From Terriglobia bacterium (lineage in GTDB: Bacteria > Acidobacteriota > Terriglobia > 20CM-2-55-15), in the NCBI GenBank assembly GCA_965198225.1, contig CBDAOY010000009.1, positions 288,001-352,000 on the forward strand: DNA of 64,000 bases. The letters run 5' to 3'. A program made the position numbers and the translations under genes. Below, one piece after another: positions 1 to 13,073 of the stretch; the first letter of the stretch is position 1; each line of letters starts with the position of its first letter. The notes under the pieces are model-generated. The model saw nothing but the letters and a program-made list of their open reading frames with translations, had not been told where the DNA came from and did no database searches.

Positions 1-19
1 TCCCTTCACGGGGGGTGCG

Positions 20-1137
20 GTGGGATACTTCGGGTATGAGATGGTTCGACTGGTCGAAGACATCCCGGCAACAGGCACGGATGACCTCGAGGTCGATGAC
101 GCCGCGTTGATGTTCTTCAAGACGATCCTCGCCTTCGATCACCTCCGGAACCAGATCCACATCGTGTCGAATCTCTTCGTCGAGGAAACAGATCGGCCTC
201 TCGAAGCGCTTTATTCGGACGCGGTCAAGGAGATCGAGGCTGTTGAGGAATTGCTCGGGCGACCCCTGGAACCACCTGTATCGCGGCATGTTCAGGACCA
301 GGTCGAGGTTCGTTCGAACTTCGCCAAGCCCGACTACCTCGAGTGTGTTGAGCGCGCCAAGCGACACATCACCGCGGGCGACATCTTTCAGGTCGTTCTT
401 TCGCAGCGGTTCGAAGTGGAGCTACCCGCGGCGCCCTTCGAAATCTACCGGGCCCTCCGAATCGTGAACCCCTCTCCCTACATGTATTTCTTGAAAATGC
501 CGAACGCCGCGATCGTCGGCGCGTCGCCGGAAATGCTCCTGAAGATACGGGACCGCGAGGCACGTTACAGGCCGATAGCCGGGACCCGCCCACGTGGCGC
601 AAACGAAGGTGAAGACCGCGCTCTGGCCGAAGAACTCGCTGCCGACGAAAAGGAAAGGGCCGAGCACGTCATGTTGGTCGACTTGGGACGGAACGATCTG
701 GGGCGGGTGTCGAAGTACGGCACGGTTCGAGTCGACGATTTCATGATCATCGAGCGCTACTCCCACGTGATGCACCTGGTCTCTTCGCTGTCGAGCGAGT
801 TAGGGGACGACGTCGATCGCTTCGACGCGTTGATGGCCTGTTTCCCGGCCGGTACGGTGTCGGGGGCTCCGAAGATCCGGGCCATGGAGATCATCGACGA
901 GAACGAACCGACAAAGAGGGGTGTCTACGGGGGCGCCATACTCTACGCCGACTTCAGCAACAACCTCGATTCCTGCATCGCAATCCGGACGCTTGTAGCG
1001 AAAGACGGCAGGGGCTACATCCAGGCCGGCGGGGGAATCGTAGCGGATTCCGTCCCGGAAAACGAGTTTACTGAAACCGTCAACAAGGCCCGCGCGCTGG
1101 TTCGGGCTGTGGAACTCGCAGCCAGGGGCTTGCGTTC

Positions 1138-1141
<4 letters not shown>
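20..1141 (+). CDS. trpE: Anthranilate synthase component I (5' truncated by window)
   Basis: GYFGYE, GDIFQVVLSQR, NPSPYM, EKERAEHVMLVDLGRND and FPAGTVSGAPK motifs. Confidence 0.95.
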
Positions 1142-1704
<563 letters not shown>

Positions 1705-1706
1705 GG

Positions 1707-2720
1707 TTGATGATTACAGATTTCATCGAGCAGCTGATCGGCTCCAAGGACCTCACCGAGGACGAGGCCCGATCTGTCATGGAAGAGATCATGACGGGCC
1801 AGTCGACCGACGCTCAGATCGCGGCGTTCCTGACGGCGCTCCGGATGAAGGGCGAGACGGCGGATGAGCTGGTTGGCTTCGCACGGGTCATGAGACAGAA
1901 GGCCGCTCCGCTGTGGGAGGATGACGGGCCCGAAGTCGTCGATACCTGCGGGACCGGGGGAGATCGATCTGGAACGTTCAACATTTCGACCGCAGCAGCT
2001 TTCGTCGCGGCCGGGGCCGGCGCTCTGGTCGCAAAGCACGGCAACCGGTCGGTGAGCGGCCGCTGCGGCAGTGCCGACGTCATGGAAGCCCTCGGGGTGG
2101 ACATCCAGATGCCGGCCCTCAAGTTGAGACAGGCCATCCGGGATATCGGAATCGGCTTTCTCTTCGCCCCGAGCTTCCACAGTTCGATGAAGCACGTGAT
2201 GCCGGCACGCTCCCAGATGAAGGTGCGGACCGTGTTCAACATCCTGGGACCACTTTCCAACCCCGCGGCGGCCGCCTATCAGGTGATCGGGGTGTCCTCT
2301 GAAGGCCTTCTTGATTTGATGGCCGGGGCGGTGGCGAGGCTCGGACTGCGACACGTCTTTGTCGTCCATGGATCCGACGGTATCGACGAGATCTCGATTT
2401 CGGCACCGACCACACTCGTTGAGGTCTCAGGGGGCACGACCCGCCGATTCAGCGTGACACCCGAAGACTTCGGCCTGCGGTCGGCGGACATCGGCGCCAT
2501 AAAAGGCGGCGATGCCGCCGAGAACGCCCGTATCGTCGAAGAAGTCCTCGCAGGAAGCGAGAGCCCTCGACGGGATGTCGTGGTGATGAACGCAGCGGCT
2601 GCGATCACTGCCGCCGGCATTTCTTCGGACCTCAAATCGGGCGTCCAGCGTGCGGTGGACTCCCTCGATTCGGGTGCAGCTCTCGAGAGACTCCAGGGCC
2701 TCAGGGCAATGTCGTCGTGA
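1707..2720 (+). CDS. trpD: Anthranilate phosphoribosyltransferase
   Basis: DTCGTGGD, FNIST, KHGNRS and GSADV motifs. Confidence 0.96.
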   Translation: MMITDFIEQLIGSKDLTEDEARSVMEEIMTGQSTDAQIAAFLTALRMKGETADELVGFARVMRQKAAPLWEDDGPEVVDTCGTGGDRSGTFNISTAAAFVAAGAGALVAKHGNRSVSGRCGSADVMEALGVDIQMPALKLRQAIRDIGIGFLFAPSFHSSMKHVMPARSQMKVRTVFNILGPLSNPAAAAYQVIGVSSEGLLDLMAGAVARLGLRHVFVVHGSDGIDEISISAPTTLVEVSGGTTRRFSVTPEDFGLRSADIGAIKGGDAAENARIVEEVLAGSESPRRDVVVMNAAAAITAAGISSDLKSGVQRAVDSLDSGAALERLQGLRAMSS

Positions 2721-3508
2721 AGACACTCGAAGGCACGCATGTGCTGAGCAGAATCGTCGAAGCGAAGAGACGACGCGTCGCAGACCTGAAGATGCGCGTT
2801 CCGGAAGCCATCGTTCGAAAAATGGCCTCCGTTCAAGGACCGCCCCCATCGTTCCGAGAAGCCTTGGAGGGGCCCGGCAGGACGCGGATCATCGCGGAAA
2901 TCAAAAAAGCCTCTCCCTCGAAGGGCGTCCTGATCGACTTACTTGATGTCGAGGCACTCGCAAAGACCTACGGGAAAGCGGGAGCTTCCGCGATCTCCGT
3001 CGTGACCGAGGAGGATTACTTCCAGGGCGACGCCGGATGGATCCGGTTGGCCGCAAACGCATCCGGCCTGCCGGTACTGCGGAAGGACTTTCTGTTCGAG
3101 CCCTATCAGCTCTGGGAAAGCCGGGCCGCCGGCGCGAGCGCTGTCCTGCTGATCGCCGCAATGCTCCAGCCGGCCGAACTCCGAGCGCTGCTCGAAACGG
3201 CGAGAGAGTTTCAGCTTGACGCCCTGGTCGAGGTCCACGACGAAGAAGAACTCAGCGAGGCGCTGTGGGCGGGTGCATCGATCATCGGCGTCAACAACCG
3301 GGACTTGAAGACGTTCGACGTGTGTCTCGATACTTCTGTCCGGTTGGGCGCACGGATACCAGACGAAAGGATCTTCGTTGCCGAGAGCGGAATCCACGGC
3401 CGGGAGGACGTCGAGAAGCTTGCCGGCGCCGGTGCGTCTGCCTTCCTCGTGGGCGAATATCTGCTGAGCACGACCGATCCCGCTGTTGCTTTGCGGAGTT
3501 TGTTGTGA
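2717..3508 (+). CDS. trpC: Indole-3-glycerol-phosphate synthase
   Basis: IAEIKKASPSKG, LRKDF, GVNNRDL and AESGI motifs. Confidence 0.96.
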   Translation: MKTLEGTHVLSRIVEAKRRRVADLKMRVPEAIVRKMASVQGPPPSFREALEGPGRTRIIAEIKKASPSKGVLIDLLDVEALAKTYGKAGASAISVVTEEDYFQGDAGWIRLAANASGLPVLRKDFLFEPYQLWESRAAGASAVLLIAAMLQPAELRALLETAREFQLDALVEVHDEEELSEALWAGASIIGVNNRDLKTFDVCLDTSVRLGARIPDERIFVAESGIHGREDVEKLAGAGASAFLVGEYLLSTTDPAVALRSLL

Positions 3509-4131
3509 CGCGGATCAAGATATGCGGTGTCACCGACCCGGAAGACGCACGGAACGCCGCGCTGCTAGGAGCCGATGCCATCGGATTGAATTTCTACGAG
3601 GGCAGCCCTCGATCCGTGAGCCCGGAGCGCGCGCTGAGGATCATCGAATCGCTGCCGCCTCTCGTGACGACGGTGGGCGTATTCGTCAACTACACAGATC
3701 CGGAAGCTCTTGAAGACTTCGCGGCGTCGATCCGGCTCGACGCCGTCCAACTGCACGGCGATGAAAGCCCGGATTACTGCTCGGTAATCAGTCGCGTTAA
3801 AGTCGTCAAGGCGTTTCGAGTTGGGGAAGGCTTCAAGGTTGAGACGCTCCGGAACTACCCGGCGCAAGCTTTCCTGCTCGACGCCTACAGCAACGACGAG
3901 TTCGGCGGGACGGGACGCGTGTTCAACTGGGACCAGGTCGCCGGGGCAAACGCATTCGGCGAGGTCATCCTCGCCGGAGGGCTCCGTCCGGAGAACGTCG
4001 ACCGGGCGATCGATCAGCTGCATCCGTTTGCGGTGGATGTTTCCAGCGGTGTGGAAAGTGAGCCTGGAAAGAAAGACTACGAGCTGATGCGGGAGTTCGT
4101 CGAAGCAGTTCACAGGGCCGATGGGAAGTGA
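3505..4131 (+). CDS. trpF: Phosphoribosylanthranilate isomerase
   Basis: KICGVT, VQLHGDE, GGTG and VDVSSGVE motifs; GTG start at 3505 overlaps the trpC stop. Confidence 0.93.
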   Translation: MTRIKICGVTDPEDARNAALLGADAIGLNFYEGSPRSVSPERALRIIESLPPLVTTVGVFVNYTDPEALEDFAASIRLDAVQLHGDESPDYCSVISRVKVVKAFRVGEGFKVETLRNYPAQAFLLDAYSNDEFGGTGRVFNWDQVAGANAFGEVILAGGLRPENVDRAIDQLHPFAVDVSSGVESEPGKKDYELMREFVEAVHRADGK

Positions 4132-4150
4132 CGAGTGACAAGTGACGAGC
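4126..4150. repeat. Heptamer tandem repeat (RAGTGAC x3.5)
   Basis: AAGTGAC GAGTGAC AAGTGAC GAGC, spanning the trpF stop. Confidence 0.6.
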
Positions 4151-4184
4151 AAGAAAGATCGGCAACACATAAGGCTAGGCAGAT

Positions 4185-5351
4185 ATGAAGGGCCATTACG
4201 GCGCATACGGTGGACAATTCGTTCCAGAGACACTGATGTATCCGCTCGAAGAGTTGGAGCAGGCCTATGCTGACGCCGGGAAGGATCCGTCGTTTGGGAA
4301 CCGGCTCGAGGAGCTGCTTATTCAATACTCCGGCCGGCCGACGCCACTGTACCGGGCGAACAGACTCAGCGAAGCCTACGGTCGGAAGATCTACCTCAAG
4401 CGGGAAGACCTGAACCACACGGGAGCACACAAGATCAACAACTGTCTCGGACAGGCGCTGCTGGCCGAGCGGATGGGTAAGAAACGGATCATCGCCGAAA
4501 CCGGAGCCGGGCAACATGGGGTCGCGACGGCTACCGTAAGCGCCCTGCTGGGTCTGGAATGCGACGTCTACATGGGGGAGGAAGACATACGGCGGCAGGA
4601 GCTCAACGTTTTCCGCATGAAGCTCCTGGGCGCGCGCGTCCTGCCGGTCGCCTCCGGGAGCAAGACCCTGAAGGACGCCATCAACGAGTCGATGCGGGAC
4701 TGGGTCACAAACGTCCGGACGACCTACTACATGCTCGGTTCCGTGCTCGGTCCCCATCCGTATCCCGAAATGGTCCGAGACTTCCAGTCCGTCATCGGCC
4801 GGGAGACGCGGGCACAGATCATCGACCAGGAAGGCCGACTTCCGGATCTCCTCGTTGCATGCGTCGGCGGTGGCTCGAACTCCATCGGCCTCTTCTTCCC
4901 GTTCCTCGACGACGATCAAGTCGGCATGGTCGGCGTCGAAGCCGGCGGGCGCGGGCCTGCACTCGGGGATCACGCTGCACGTTTTTCCGGCGGCCGACCC
5001 GGCGTGATGCACGGAACCTACTCCTACATCCTGCAGGATTCGGACGGTCAGGTCATCCCGACGCATTCGGTTTCCGCCGGGCTCGACTACCCGGCTGTCG
5101 GACCGGAACACGCCGCGCTGTACGAATCGGGCCGGGTTACGTACACATCAGTGGACGACGATGCGGCTCTGGATGCGTTCCACGAACTGAGCCGTCTGGA
5201 AGGGATTATTCCCGCGCTGGAGAGTGCTCATGCTGTTGCCTACCTCAAGTCCAAAAAGGGAGACTCCGACGAGCTCGTCGTGATCAACCTGTCGGGCCGT
5301 GGCGACAAGGACGTGAACGAAGTCGCGCGGTTGAGTTCGGATATCGAATGA
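4185..5351 (+). CDS. trpB: Tryptophan synthase beta chain
   Basis: [24 protein letters not shown] and SAGLDYP motifs. Confidence 0.97.
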   Translation: MKGHYGAYGGQFVPETLMYPLEELEQAYADAGKDPSFGNRLEELLIQYSGRPTPLYRANRLSEAYGRKIYLKREDLNHTGAHKINNCLGQALLAERMGKKRIIAETGAGQHGVATATVSALLGLECDVYMGEEDIRRQELNVFRMKLLGARVLPVASGSKTLKDAINESMRDWVTNVRTTYYMLGSVLGPHPYPEMVRDFQSVIGRETRAQIIDQEGRLPDLLVACVGGGSNSIGLFFPFLDDDQVGMVGVEAGGRGPALGDHAARFSGGRPGVMHGTYSYILQDSDGQVIPTHSVSAGLDYPAVGPEHAALYESGRVTYTSVDDDAALDAFHELSRLEGIIPALESAHAVAYLKSKKGDSDELVVINLSGRGDKDVNEVARLSSDIE

Positions 5352-6136
5352 CGCGAATCGACGAGACCTTTGCGCGGCTCCGCGCCGAGGGACGCCGGGC
5401 GTTCATCCCCTACATCACGGCGGGTGATCCCGACCTGCAGGCCACATACGACGTCGTTTTAACGCTCGAGGAGGCCGGTGCGGACTTGATCGAACTCGGC
5501 GTGCCGTTCTCCGACCCCATCGCGGACGGCCCGGTCATACAGCGGGCCACGGAACGAGCTCTGTCAAAAGGGACTTCGCTCGGGCAGATAATCGAGCTGG
5601 TCGAGAGGATTCGCCGATCTTCCGACATCCCGCTGTTGCTGATGAGCTATTACAATCCGCTGTTGAACCATGGGCTCGAGCAACTGTCGCGGGACGGCTC
5701 GGCGGCGGGGCTGGACGGCATCCTGGCCAGCGACCTGACGGTGGAGGAATCGGACAGGTTCGTGGAAGTCATGGACAGCGCCGGCTTGAACACCATCTTC
5801 CTCGTAGCACCAACCAGCTCCGCTAAACGCGTGAAGAGAATCGCGCGGGTCTCCACGGGCTTCCTCTATGCCGTGTCGCGCACCGGTGTGACGGGGGAAA
5901 CCCAAAAGCTGTCGGGCGAACTGGTAAAATTCATCCGATTCCTCAAGACGCACACCGACACGCCTGTCGCGGTCGGTTTCGGGATTTCAACTCCCGAGCA
6001 GGTCCGGGCGGTGTGGGGAGAAGCCGACGGGGCGATCGTCGGTAGCGCGATCGTTCGCGAGATCGAGAGGAAAATGGGCGAAGAGGATATGCCGCAGGCG
6101 GTAGGCGACTTCGTCCGCCGGCTTCGCGGTGGGTGA
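5348..6136 (+). CDS. trpA: Tryptophan synthase alpha chain
   Basis: [25 protein letters not shown] and VGFGI motifs; ATG at 5348 overlaps the trpB stop. Confidence 0.96.
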   Translation: MTRIDETFARLRAEGRRAFIPYITAGDPDLQATYDVVLTLEEAGADLIELGVPFSDPIADGPVIQRATERALSKGTSLGQIIELVERIRRSSDIPLLLMSYYNPLLNHGLEQLSRDGSAAGLDGILASDLTVEESDRFVEVMDSAGLNTIFLVAPTSSAKRVKRIARVSTGFLYAVSRTGVTGETQKLSGELVKFIRFLKTHTDTPVAVGFGISTPEQVRAVWGEADGAIVGSAIVREIERKMGEEDMPQAVGDFVRRLRGG

Positions 6137-6261
6137 TCGACCGCCGGTTTCGCGGCGGGAGATCGGAAGACCGGATGCCGCGTGGTATCGTTAGACGCTT
6201 GACCCTCAAGTTTGAGAATCCTGCTCTCAGATTCGGGACATCAAGTGTGCCGTGAGCCCTG

Positions 6262-6359
6262 AGCGGTCAGCTTTCCGCTGTCAGCAATCAGCGAATTCAG
6301 AAGTGGGGCGACAGTCCGATCCGATCGAGCTGACGGCTGAAAGCTACGGGCTGATCGCT
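6262..6359. repeat. Heptamer-periodic inverted repeat element
   Basis: AGCGGTCAGCTTTCCGCTGTCAGCAATCAGC ... GCTGACGGCTGAAAGCTACGGGCTGATCGCT. Confidence 0.6.
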
Positions 6360-6387
6360 TGCACGGCAGAACTTTTGGAGGAACCTC

Positions 6388-7089
6388 GTGAATAAGGTCG
6401 TAGGGAGTGCCGCCGAGGCGGTCTCGGACGTTCCGGACGGAGCAACCATCATGATGGGCGGCTTCGGCCTGTGCGGAATACCCGAGAACCTGATCGCCGC
6501 ACTTCGGGAAAAGGGCGTCAAGGATCTCACCGTGATGAGCAACAACGCGGGAGTCGACGATTTCGGCATCGGGTTATTGCTCCAGACCCGACAGGTAAAG
6601 AAGATGGTTTCGACGTACGTGGGGGAAAACAAACTGTTCGAACAACTCGTGCTGTCGGGAGAGTTGGAGATCGAGCTGGTTCCCCAGGGAACCTTTGCCG
6701 AGCGCGTTCGCGCCGGAGGGGCGGGCATAGGCGGTTTCTACACCCCTACCGGATTCGGCACGCTCATCGCTGAGGGCAAGGAGACCCGCGAGATCGACGG
6801 CAAGATGTATGTGCTCGAAAGCCCGTTGAAGGCGGATTTTGCGCTGGTGAAAGCATGGAAGGGTGACAACTGGGGAAACCTCGTGTATCGGAAGACCGCG
6901 CGCAACTTCAACCCGATGATGGCAACAGCCGGTATCACGACAATCGCTGAGGTCGAGGAACTGGTCGACAGGAAGGCTCTGAACCCGGACTCGATCCACA
7001 CACCCGGAATATACGTCCAGAGAATCCTCCAGGGCGATCACTACGAGAAGCGGATCGAAAGGGTGACGGTCCTCAAAGGAGGTGCGTGA
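6388..7089 (+). CDS. scoA: 3-oxoacid CoA-transferase subunit A
   Basis: [20 protein letters not shown] and ARNFNPMMA motifs. Confidence 0.9.
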   Translation: MNKVVGSAAEAVSDVPDGATIMMGGFGLCGIPENLIAALREKGVKDLTVMSNNAGVDDFGIGLLLQTRQVKKMVSTYVGENKLFEQLVLSGELEIELVPQGTFAERVRAGGAGIGGFYTPTGFGTLIAEGKETREIDGKMYVLESPLKADFALVKAWKGDNWGNLVYRKTARNFNPMMATAGITTIAEVEELVDRKALNPDSIHTPGIYVQRILQGDHYEKRIERVTVLKGGA

Positions 7090-7739
7090 TGTCGGACGGG
7101 CGCGAAATCATCACCCAACGTATCGCCAGGGAGTTTGAAGACGGCTACTACGTCAACCTCGGCATCGGCATGCCGACTCTGTGCGCCAATTACATCCCGG
7201 AGGGCGTCGAGGTCGTTCTGCAATCGGAGAACGGTCTGCTGGGTATCGGCCCCTTCCCGCTCGAAGGAAACCAGGACCCCGACCTGATCAACGCCGGGAA
7301 GGAAACCGTGACGGAAATGGATGGCTCGGCGTATTTCTCGAGCGCCGATTCGTTCGCCATGATCCGGGGGGGCCACGTCGACCTGACGGTTCTCGGGGCG
7401 ATGCAGGTGGACGAGACAGGGAACCTCGCCAACTGGATGATCCCGGGCAAGATGGTGAAGGGCATGGGAGGAGCCATGGACCTGGTTGCCGGCGCCAAAC
7501 GTGTGATCGTCGCCATGATTCACGCGACGAAGAACGGCAGCCCGAAGCTTCTGAAAGCCTGTTCGCTGCCGCTCACCGGGGTCGGTGTCGTGAACACGAT
7601 CGTGACGGAACTATGTGTCATCGATGTCACCGACCGGGGCTTTGAAGTGAAGGAACTACGGGAAGGCGTGAGCCTCGAGGACGTTCAGAAGGTAACAGAA
7701 CCAGCGCTGATCGCAAACGGCGAGATCGGCCGATTCTAG
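7086..7739 (+). CDS. scoB: 3-oxoacid CoA-transferase subunit B
   Basis: [13 protein letters not shown] active-site Glu and GMGGAMDL motifs. Confidence 0.9.
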   Translation: MMSDGREIITQRIAREFEDGYYVNLGIGMPTLCANYIPEGVEVVLQSENGLLGIGPFPLEGNQDPDLINAGKETVTEMDGSAYFSSADSFAMIRGGHVDLTVLGAMQVDETGNLANWMIPGKMVKGMGGAMDLVAGAKRVIVAMIHATKNGSPKLLKACSLPLTGVGVVNTIVTELCVIDVTDRGFEVKELREGVSLEDVQKVTEPALIANGEIGRF

Positions 7740-7749
7740 GAGCAAGTCA

Positions 7750-8925
7750 ATGGCAGCAGTTATTGCCGGAGCAGTCCGACTCGCGATCGGAAGCTTCGGG
7801 GGGACGCTCAGCAACACCCACGTGACCGATCTCGGCGCGGCGGTTCTGAAACAAGCGCTGAACCGTGCCGGCGTGGAGGCCGAGGCGATTCAGGAAATCA
7901 TCATGGGGAACGTCGTCCAGGCGGGCGCGGGCATGAACCCAACGCGGCAGGCGGCGATCAAGGCCGGTATCGGACAGGACATCCCGTCCTACACGGTGAA
8001 CAAGGTCTGCGGTTCGGGCTTGAAATCTGTAGCCCTGGCGGCCCAGTCAATCCGGGCCGGCGACGAGGACACGTTCCTTGTCGGCGGAATGGAATCGATG
8101 AGCAAGGCTCCGTACCTGCTTCCGAAAGCCCGGGCCGGCTACCGCCTGGGTCACGGGGAGTTGATCGACTCGATGGTGTACGACGGGCTGTCCTGCTCGC
8201 TGAGCAACTTCATTCACATGGGAATCACCGCCGAGAACATCGCCGAGCGGTACAACGTGTCACGCGACGAACAGGACGCCTTCGCCCTGGAAAGCCAGAC
8301 CCGTGCCGCAAAAGCGATCGCGGGCGGCCGCTTCAGAGACGAGATCACGCCTTACGAGATTCCGCAGAGAAAGGGGGACCCTGTCGTCTTCGACACGGAT
8401 GAGTACCCTCGAGAAACCACGAGCGAGAGGCTCGGGAAACTCCGCCCGGCCTTCAAGAAAGACGGAACCGTGACGGCGGGCAATGCGTCCGGTATAAACG
8501 ACGGCGCCGCCGCGATGGTCGTCACCTCGGAATCGCGCGCCAACGAACTCGGATTGAAACCCCAGGCTATGATCCGGGCCTACGCATCTTCGGCTGTCGA
8601 CCCTCTCTATATGGGCATGGGCCCGGTTCCCGCGGTCACGAAGGTCCTGGAAAAGGCCGGCCTCGCGGCGACCGACATCGATCTCTTCGAATTGAACGAG
8701 GCGTTCGCCGTCCAATCAGTTGCTGTCGTCAAAGAGTTGGGTCTGGACCCGGGGCGCGTAAACGTGAACGGCGGCGCAATCGCGCTTGGACACCCGCTCG
8801 GCGCCAGCGGGGCACGCATTCTAACGACCCTGATATACGAGATGGAGAAGCGGGATGCTCGGAAGGGCATCGCCGCGCTGTGTATTGGGGGAGGCCAGGG
8901 GTTCGCCGTGCTCGTCGAGCGATAG
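7750..8925 (+). CDS. atoB: Acetyl-CoA C-acetyltransferase (thiolase)
   Basis: [22 protein letters not shown] and CIGGGQG motifs. Confidence 0.92.
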   Translation: MAAVIAGAVRLAIGSFGGTLSNTHVTDLGAAVLKQALNRAGVEAEAIQEIIMGNVVQAGAGMNPTRQAAIKAGIGQDIPSYTVNKVCGSGLKSVALAAQSIRAGDEDTFLVGGMESMSKAPYLLPKARAGYRLGHGELIDSMVYDGLSCSLSNFIHMGITAENIAERYNVSRDEQDAFALESQTRAAKAIAGGRFRDEITPYEIPQRKGDPVVFDTDEYPRETTSERLGKLRPAFKKDGTVTAGNASGINDGAAAMVVTSESRANELGLKPQAMIRAYASSAVDPLYMGMGPVPAVTKVLEKAGLAATDIDLFELNEAFAVQSVAVVKELGLDPGRVNVNGGAIALGHPLGASGARILTTLIYEMEKRDARKGIAALCIGGGQGFAVLVER

Positions 8926-8972
8926 ATGAAGCGGGAAGAAAACGCCTCATTCAACGTCGGTCGATTCAGCTG

Positions 8973-9272
8973 ATGGACCTGAACTCCTTTGTCACCGTCA
9001 ATCTGCAGAACCCGCCGGAACGGTTCGTCGGACGGCTGATCGAGATCGGCATCGCTGGCATCACGCTTCGGGGTCTCGACCTGAAGGCTTTCGATGACTG
9101 GATGAACGACATCGCGCAGCAGGAGGAGAGCGGAGTACGGCCGACAACCATATTCTTTCCTCTGCACCGTATCGAAAAGATGATGCTCGATGAAGACATC
9201 GGAGGCATCCCCTCGTTGGCCAACACTTTCTTGACGAAGGTTGGCGCCTCGGTCAAGGACTACCTGGAGTAA
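8973..9272 (+). CDS. Conserved hypothetical protein, possibly Sm/Hfq-like beta fold
   Basis: ATG at 8973; 99 aa, ends 3 nt before ugd; beta-rich pattern ending TIFFPLHRIEKM. Confidence 0.65.
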   Translation: MDLNSFVTVNLQNPPERFVGRLIEIGIAGITLRGLDLKAFDDWMNDIAQQEESGVRPTTIFFPLHRIEKMMLDEDIGGIPSLANTFLTKVGASVKDYLE

Positions 9273-9275
9273 GCA

Positions 9276-10574
9276 GTGAACATCGCTGTGATCGGAACAG
9301 GCTATGTTGGGCTCGTCGCGGGCGGCTGTTTCGCCGAGAGCGGCAACGACGTGATCTGCGTCGACGCCAATGCGGAAAAGATCAAGCAGTTGTCCGACGG
9401 CAAGATACCGATCTATGAACCGGGAGTGGAGGAGATCGTCGAGCGGAACCTCCGAGAAGGACGCCTCAAGTTCACAACGGACCTCGAATCCGCGGTCAGG
9501 AAGTCGTTCGTGATCTTCATCGCCGTCGGCACACCGCAAGTCGGAGGCGAGACCGACGTCAGCGCCGTGCAAGCCGTGTCGCGCGACATCGGCCGCGCGA
9601 TGGACCGATTCAAAGTCATCGTCATGAAATCGACCGTTCCAGTGGGCACCACAGAGAGGATCCGCGACATCGTTCGGGCCGAGACGGACCAGCCGTTCGA
9701 TGTAATCTTCAACCCGGAGTTCCTCAAGGAAGGCGGGGCGGTCGATGACTTCATGAAGCCGGATCGCGTCATCATCGGAGCGGAGGACGAACGTGCGGCC
9801 GAGATCATCCGCGAGCTATACGCGCCCTTCGTCCGAACCGGCAACCCCGCGCTCGTGATGGACGTCCGGAGCGCGGAACTGACCAAGTACGCAGCAAATG
9901 CCTTCCTTGCAACGCGGATCTCTTTCATGAACGAGTTCGCCAACCTCTGCGAACTCGTCGGTGCCGACATCGATATGATCAGGAAGGGCATGGGGCTGGA
10001 CACTCGAATAGGACCGGCGTTCCTGTTTGCCGGTCTCGGCTTCGGCGGAAGCTGTCTGCCGAAAGACATGGAAGCGTTGCTCGCGACCGGCAGGCGCATG
10101 GAGCGTCCGCTCCGAATCCTGGAGGCCGTAAACAAGGTCAATTTCGCCCAGCGCCGGCGCTTCGCAGCTAAGATCGTGGATCACTTCGAAGGGCAACTCA
10201 GCGAGAAGCGTCTCGCGGTGTGGGGATTGTCGTTCAAACCCCGGACAGACGACATGCGGCAGGCTCCCGCAATCGACATCATAGAGGAACTATTGGAGCA
10301 GGGCGCTTCTGTCTCGGCATACGACCCGGAGGCGATGACGGAAGCCGAACGGGTTCTTCCCGCCCAGGTTCACCTTGCGAAGAACAACTATGAATGTCTC
10401 AAGGACGCTGATGCCTTGCTGGTGGTGACGGAATGGCAGGCATTCCGCAATCCGAACTTCGAACGCATGAAGTCGCTGATGCGTGAAGCCGTCGTATTTG
10501 ATGGTCGCAACATCTACGATCCCACCCAGATGCGAGAAATGGGATTTACCTACTACGGTGTCGGCCGGAAATGA
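9276..10574 (+). CDS. ugd: UDP-glucose 6-dehydrogenase
   Basis: [21 protein letters not shown] and [10 protein letters not shown] motifs. Confidence 0.94.
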   Translation: MNIAVIGTGYVGLVAGGCFAESGNDVICVDANAEKIKQLSDGKIPIYEPGVEEIVERNLREGRLKFTTDLESAVRKSFVIFIAVGTPQVGGETDVSAVQAVSRDIGRAMDRFKVIVMKSTVPVGTTERIRDIVRAETDQPFDVIFNPEFLKEGGAVDDFMKPDRVIIGAEDERAAEIIRELYAPFVRTGNPALVMDVRSAELTKYAANAFLATRISFMNEFANLCELVGADIDMIRKGMGLDTRIGPAFLFAGLGFGGSCLPKDMEALLATGRRMERPLRILEAVNKVNFAQRRRFAAKIVDHFEGQLSEKRLAVWGLSFKPRTDDMRQAPAIDIIEELLEQGASVSAYDPEAMTEAERVLPAQVHLAKNNYECLKDADALLVVTEWQAFRNPNFERMKSLMREAVVFDGRNIYDPTQMREMGFTYYGVGRK

Positions 10575-11530
10575 AACGCGCGGTCGTGACCGGCGGTGCG
10601 GGTTTCCTGGGTAGCCACATCTGTGACCGCCTTCTGGACGCCGGCTATGAGGTCGTCTGCCTCGACAACCTTCTTACAGGGAATCCCGACAATGTCGCTC
10701 ACCTCGTCGGTCACCCTGGCTTTCGATTCGTCAAGCACAACGTCACTGAGTTCATCCATGTTCAGGGTCCGATCGACGTGGTCCTGCATTTTGCGTCGCC
10801 GGCCTCCCCGCGCGACTACCTTGAGATGCCGATCCAGACGCTCAAGGTGGGTTCGCTCGGTACGCACAAGGCTCTGGGTCTCGCCAAAGAGAAGGGCGCG
10901 CTGTTCCTGCTTGCGAGCACCTCGGAAGTTTACGGCGACCCGCTGACGAATCCACAGACCGAGGACTACTGGGGAAACGTGAACCCTGTGGGTCCGCGGG
11001 GGGTCTACGACGAGGCCAAGCGATTCGCCGAAGCCATGACGATCGCCTACCGGAGATACCATGGCATGGACACCCGGATAGCGAGGATCTTCAACACCTA
11101 CGGCCCGAGGATGCGCCCGAATGACGGCCGGGTCGTCTCGAATTTCATCGTCCAGAGTCTTCGGGGGGACCCCCTCACAGTCTACGGAACCGGTGAACAG
11201 ACGCGGAGCTTCTGCTACGTCTCGGATCTGGTGGAAGGAATACTGAAACTGACCGAGGTACCTCGAGCCGACGGGATCGGGCTTCCCTTCAACATCGGCA
11301 ATCCCGAGGAGCGAACGGTCCGCGATCTCGCCGAACGCGTACTGAGGCTGACCGGTAGCAGCAGCGCGATCGAGGCCCGGGGACTGCCCAAAGACGACCC
11401 GAGGGTTCGTTGTCCGAACATCTCTCGAGCGCGCACGCACCTCGGATGGGCACCTACACTCGATGTCGACGAGGGGCTGGCCCGGACGATCGAATACTTT
11501 CGTGAAGCCATGGCGGACCCGAACGGATGA
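10571..11530 (+). CDS. UDP-glucuronate decarboxylase family SDR
   Basis: [25 protein letters not shown] and YDEAKR motifs. Confidence 0.9.
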   Translation: MKRAVVTGGAGFLGSHICDRLLDAGYEVVCLDNLLTGNPDNVAHLVGHPGFRFVKHNVTEFIHVQGPIDVVLHFASPASPRDYLEMPIQTLKVGSLGTHKALGLAKEKGALFLLASTSEVYGDPLTNPQTEDYWGNVNPVGPRGVYDEAKRFAEAMTIAYRRYHGMDTRIARIFNTYGPRMRPNDGRVVSNFIVQSLRGDPLTVYGTGEQTRSFCYVSDLVEGILKLTEVPRADGIGLPFNIGNPEERTVRDLAERVLRLTGSSSAIEARGLPKDDPRVRCPNISRARTHLGWAPTLDVDEGLARTIEYFREAMADPNG

Positions 11531-12507
11531 TCCTCGTCACGGGAGGTGCCGGCTACATCGGCAGCCATACCGTCCAGGCGCTGAAGGATTCCGGGTTCGA
11601 ACCCGCCATATTCGATGACTTCTCGTCCGGCCACCGCGATTTCGTCGGAGACACACCGTCGGTAGAAGGAGACATACGGCGCCCGAGGGACCTGCGAAAG
11701 GTTTTCGAACGTTTCAAGGTCAACGGCGTCATCCACTTTGCGGGACGGGCAGAGGTTGCGGAATCGCGAAACTGCCCCGAGCTCTACTACGAAACCAACG
11801 TGGGCGGCGGGCTGAACCTGCTCAACACGATGAGAACGGCGGGTGTCCGACACTTGATCTTCTCCTCGACCTGCGCAGTCTACGGCATCCCGAAAACTCC
11901 GAGTATTGCCGAGGACCATCCACAATCACCGATCAACCCCTATGGCGAAACGAAACTCGCTTTCGAGCGCGCGCTCGACTGGTTTCATGCCGCCCATGGT
12001 CTCGAGCACCTATCCCTGCGCTACTTCAACGCGGCAGGCGCGGACGCGAACGCGCGGTTCGGGGAAGATCACGATCCGGAGACCCACCTTGTACCACTTG
12101 TCCTTGAAGCCGCCGCCCGTCTCCGTCCGGCAGTGACCATACACGGAACGGATTACCCGACCAAGGACGGCACTTGCGTCCGGGACTACATCCACGTTAC
12201 GGATCTGGCAGCGGCGCACGTATCCGGACTCCAGCGACTGTTGGGGGGCGATTTGACTTCACAAGCGATCAATCTCGGCACGGGCCGGGGCGCGTCGGTT
12301 CGGGAGGTCATCGATACTGCGCGCACAGTCACCGGTCGGGATTTCAGGGTCGAAGAGGGTGTGCGCAGAGAAGGAGATCCGCCCCGACTGGTCGCGGCGG
12401 CGGAACGCGCCGCAGACCTGCTCGACTGGCGGCCGGAGCACAGCAGGCTGTCAAATATCGTGGAGACGGCCTGGCGTTGGCTGGAAAAACGAACTACCGC
12501 CGGGTAA
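11527..12507 (+). CDS. galE: UDP-glucose 4-epimerase
   Basis: [24 protein letters not shown] and [11 protein letters not shown] motifs. Confidence 0.93.
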   Translation: MILVTGGAGYIGSHTVQALKDSGFEPAIFDDFSSGHRDFVGDTPSVEGDIRRPRDLRKVFERFKVNGVIHFAGRAEVAESRNCPELYYETNVGGGLNLLNTMRTAGVRHLIFSSTCAVYGIPKTPSIAEDHPQSPINPYGETKLAFERALDWFHAAHGLEHLSLRYFNAAGADANARFGEDHDPETHLVPLVLEAAARLRPAVTIHGTDYPTKDGTCVRDYIHVTDLAAAHVSGLQRLLGGDLTSQAINLGTGRGASVREVIDTARTVTGRDFRVEEGVRREGDPPRLVAAAERAADLLDWRPEHSRLSNIVETAWRWLEKRTTAG

Positions 12508-12949
12508 GGTCGTTGCCGCGGGAGATCGTCACGAGCTCCAAAATGGCTCGGATTCCCTGAACGATCGCTCCCGCCCGGGACAATGGTTCCGAAACCGCGG
12601 ACTTGACCTTGTCGGTTCCGTCCTGAACCCCGCCTGAGATTCGATCCATCTCGAAGTCGAGCTTCGCGAGACCGTAGCGAAACCGGTTCTGTGCCCGATC
12701 AAGGTCGCCACCGAAGCCCCCAACCCTCTGGCGGGCCGTGGCCGAGACTTCCGTGGCCCGAGCGGAAACGGCTTCAACTCGAGTGATCGTGCCCCGGAGC
12801 GAGCCGATCACGCTCGTCATCGGCCCCTCCATCTCCTCGGCCTTGGCCACGGAACGAGACATCCGCCGATACAGAGCCCACAGCAGCGCCGCGTTCCACA
12901 CGAGCACGACCGCGACAAGCGCGATGAACATCGTGAGTCGGGTCTCCAC
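12494..12949 (-). CDS. Hypothetical single-pass membrane, coiled-coil protein
   Basis: N-terminal hydrophobic helix followed by a heptad-rich helical region. Confidence 0.6.
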   Translation of the reverse strand: METRLTMFIALVAVVLVWNAALLWALYRRMSRSVAKAEEMEGPMTSVIGSLRGTITRVEAVSARATEVSATARQRVGGFGGDLDRAQNRFRYGLAKLDFEMDRISGGVQDGTDKVKSAVSEPLSRAGAIVQGIRAILELVTISRGNDLTRR

Positions 12950-13006
12950 CGCGCCAGAATACCGCAGGGGCGGGAAAGCCCGGTGGTTTTTTGGTTATCG
13001 GTCTCC

Positions 13007-13012
13007 TATAAT
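13007..13012 (+). promoter_or_regulatory. Putative -10 box for tRNA-Ser
   Basis: TATAAT about 60 nt upstream of the tRNA. Confidence 0.45.
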
Positions 13013-13073
13013 CGAAGGGTTTCGGCAGCCGATGTTTTCTATCGGTATCCAAACCGCTTGGTTTGAAGCCCCT

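Noticed and set aside
3265-3504. N-terminal extension of TrpF in the ORF track
   Set aside because: Overlaps trpC; homology starts at GTG 3505
4559-5347. Apparent 525-aa TrpA fusion
   Set aside because: Open alternate frame inside trpB; TrpA starts at 5348
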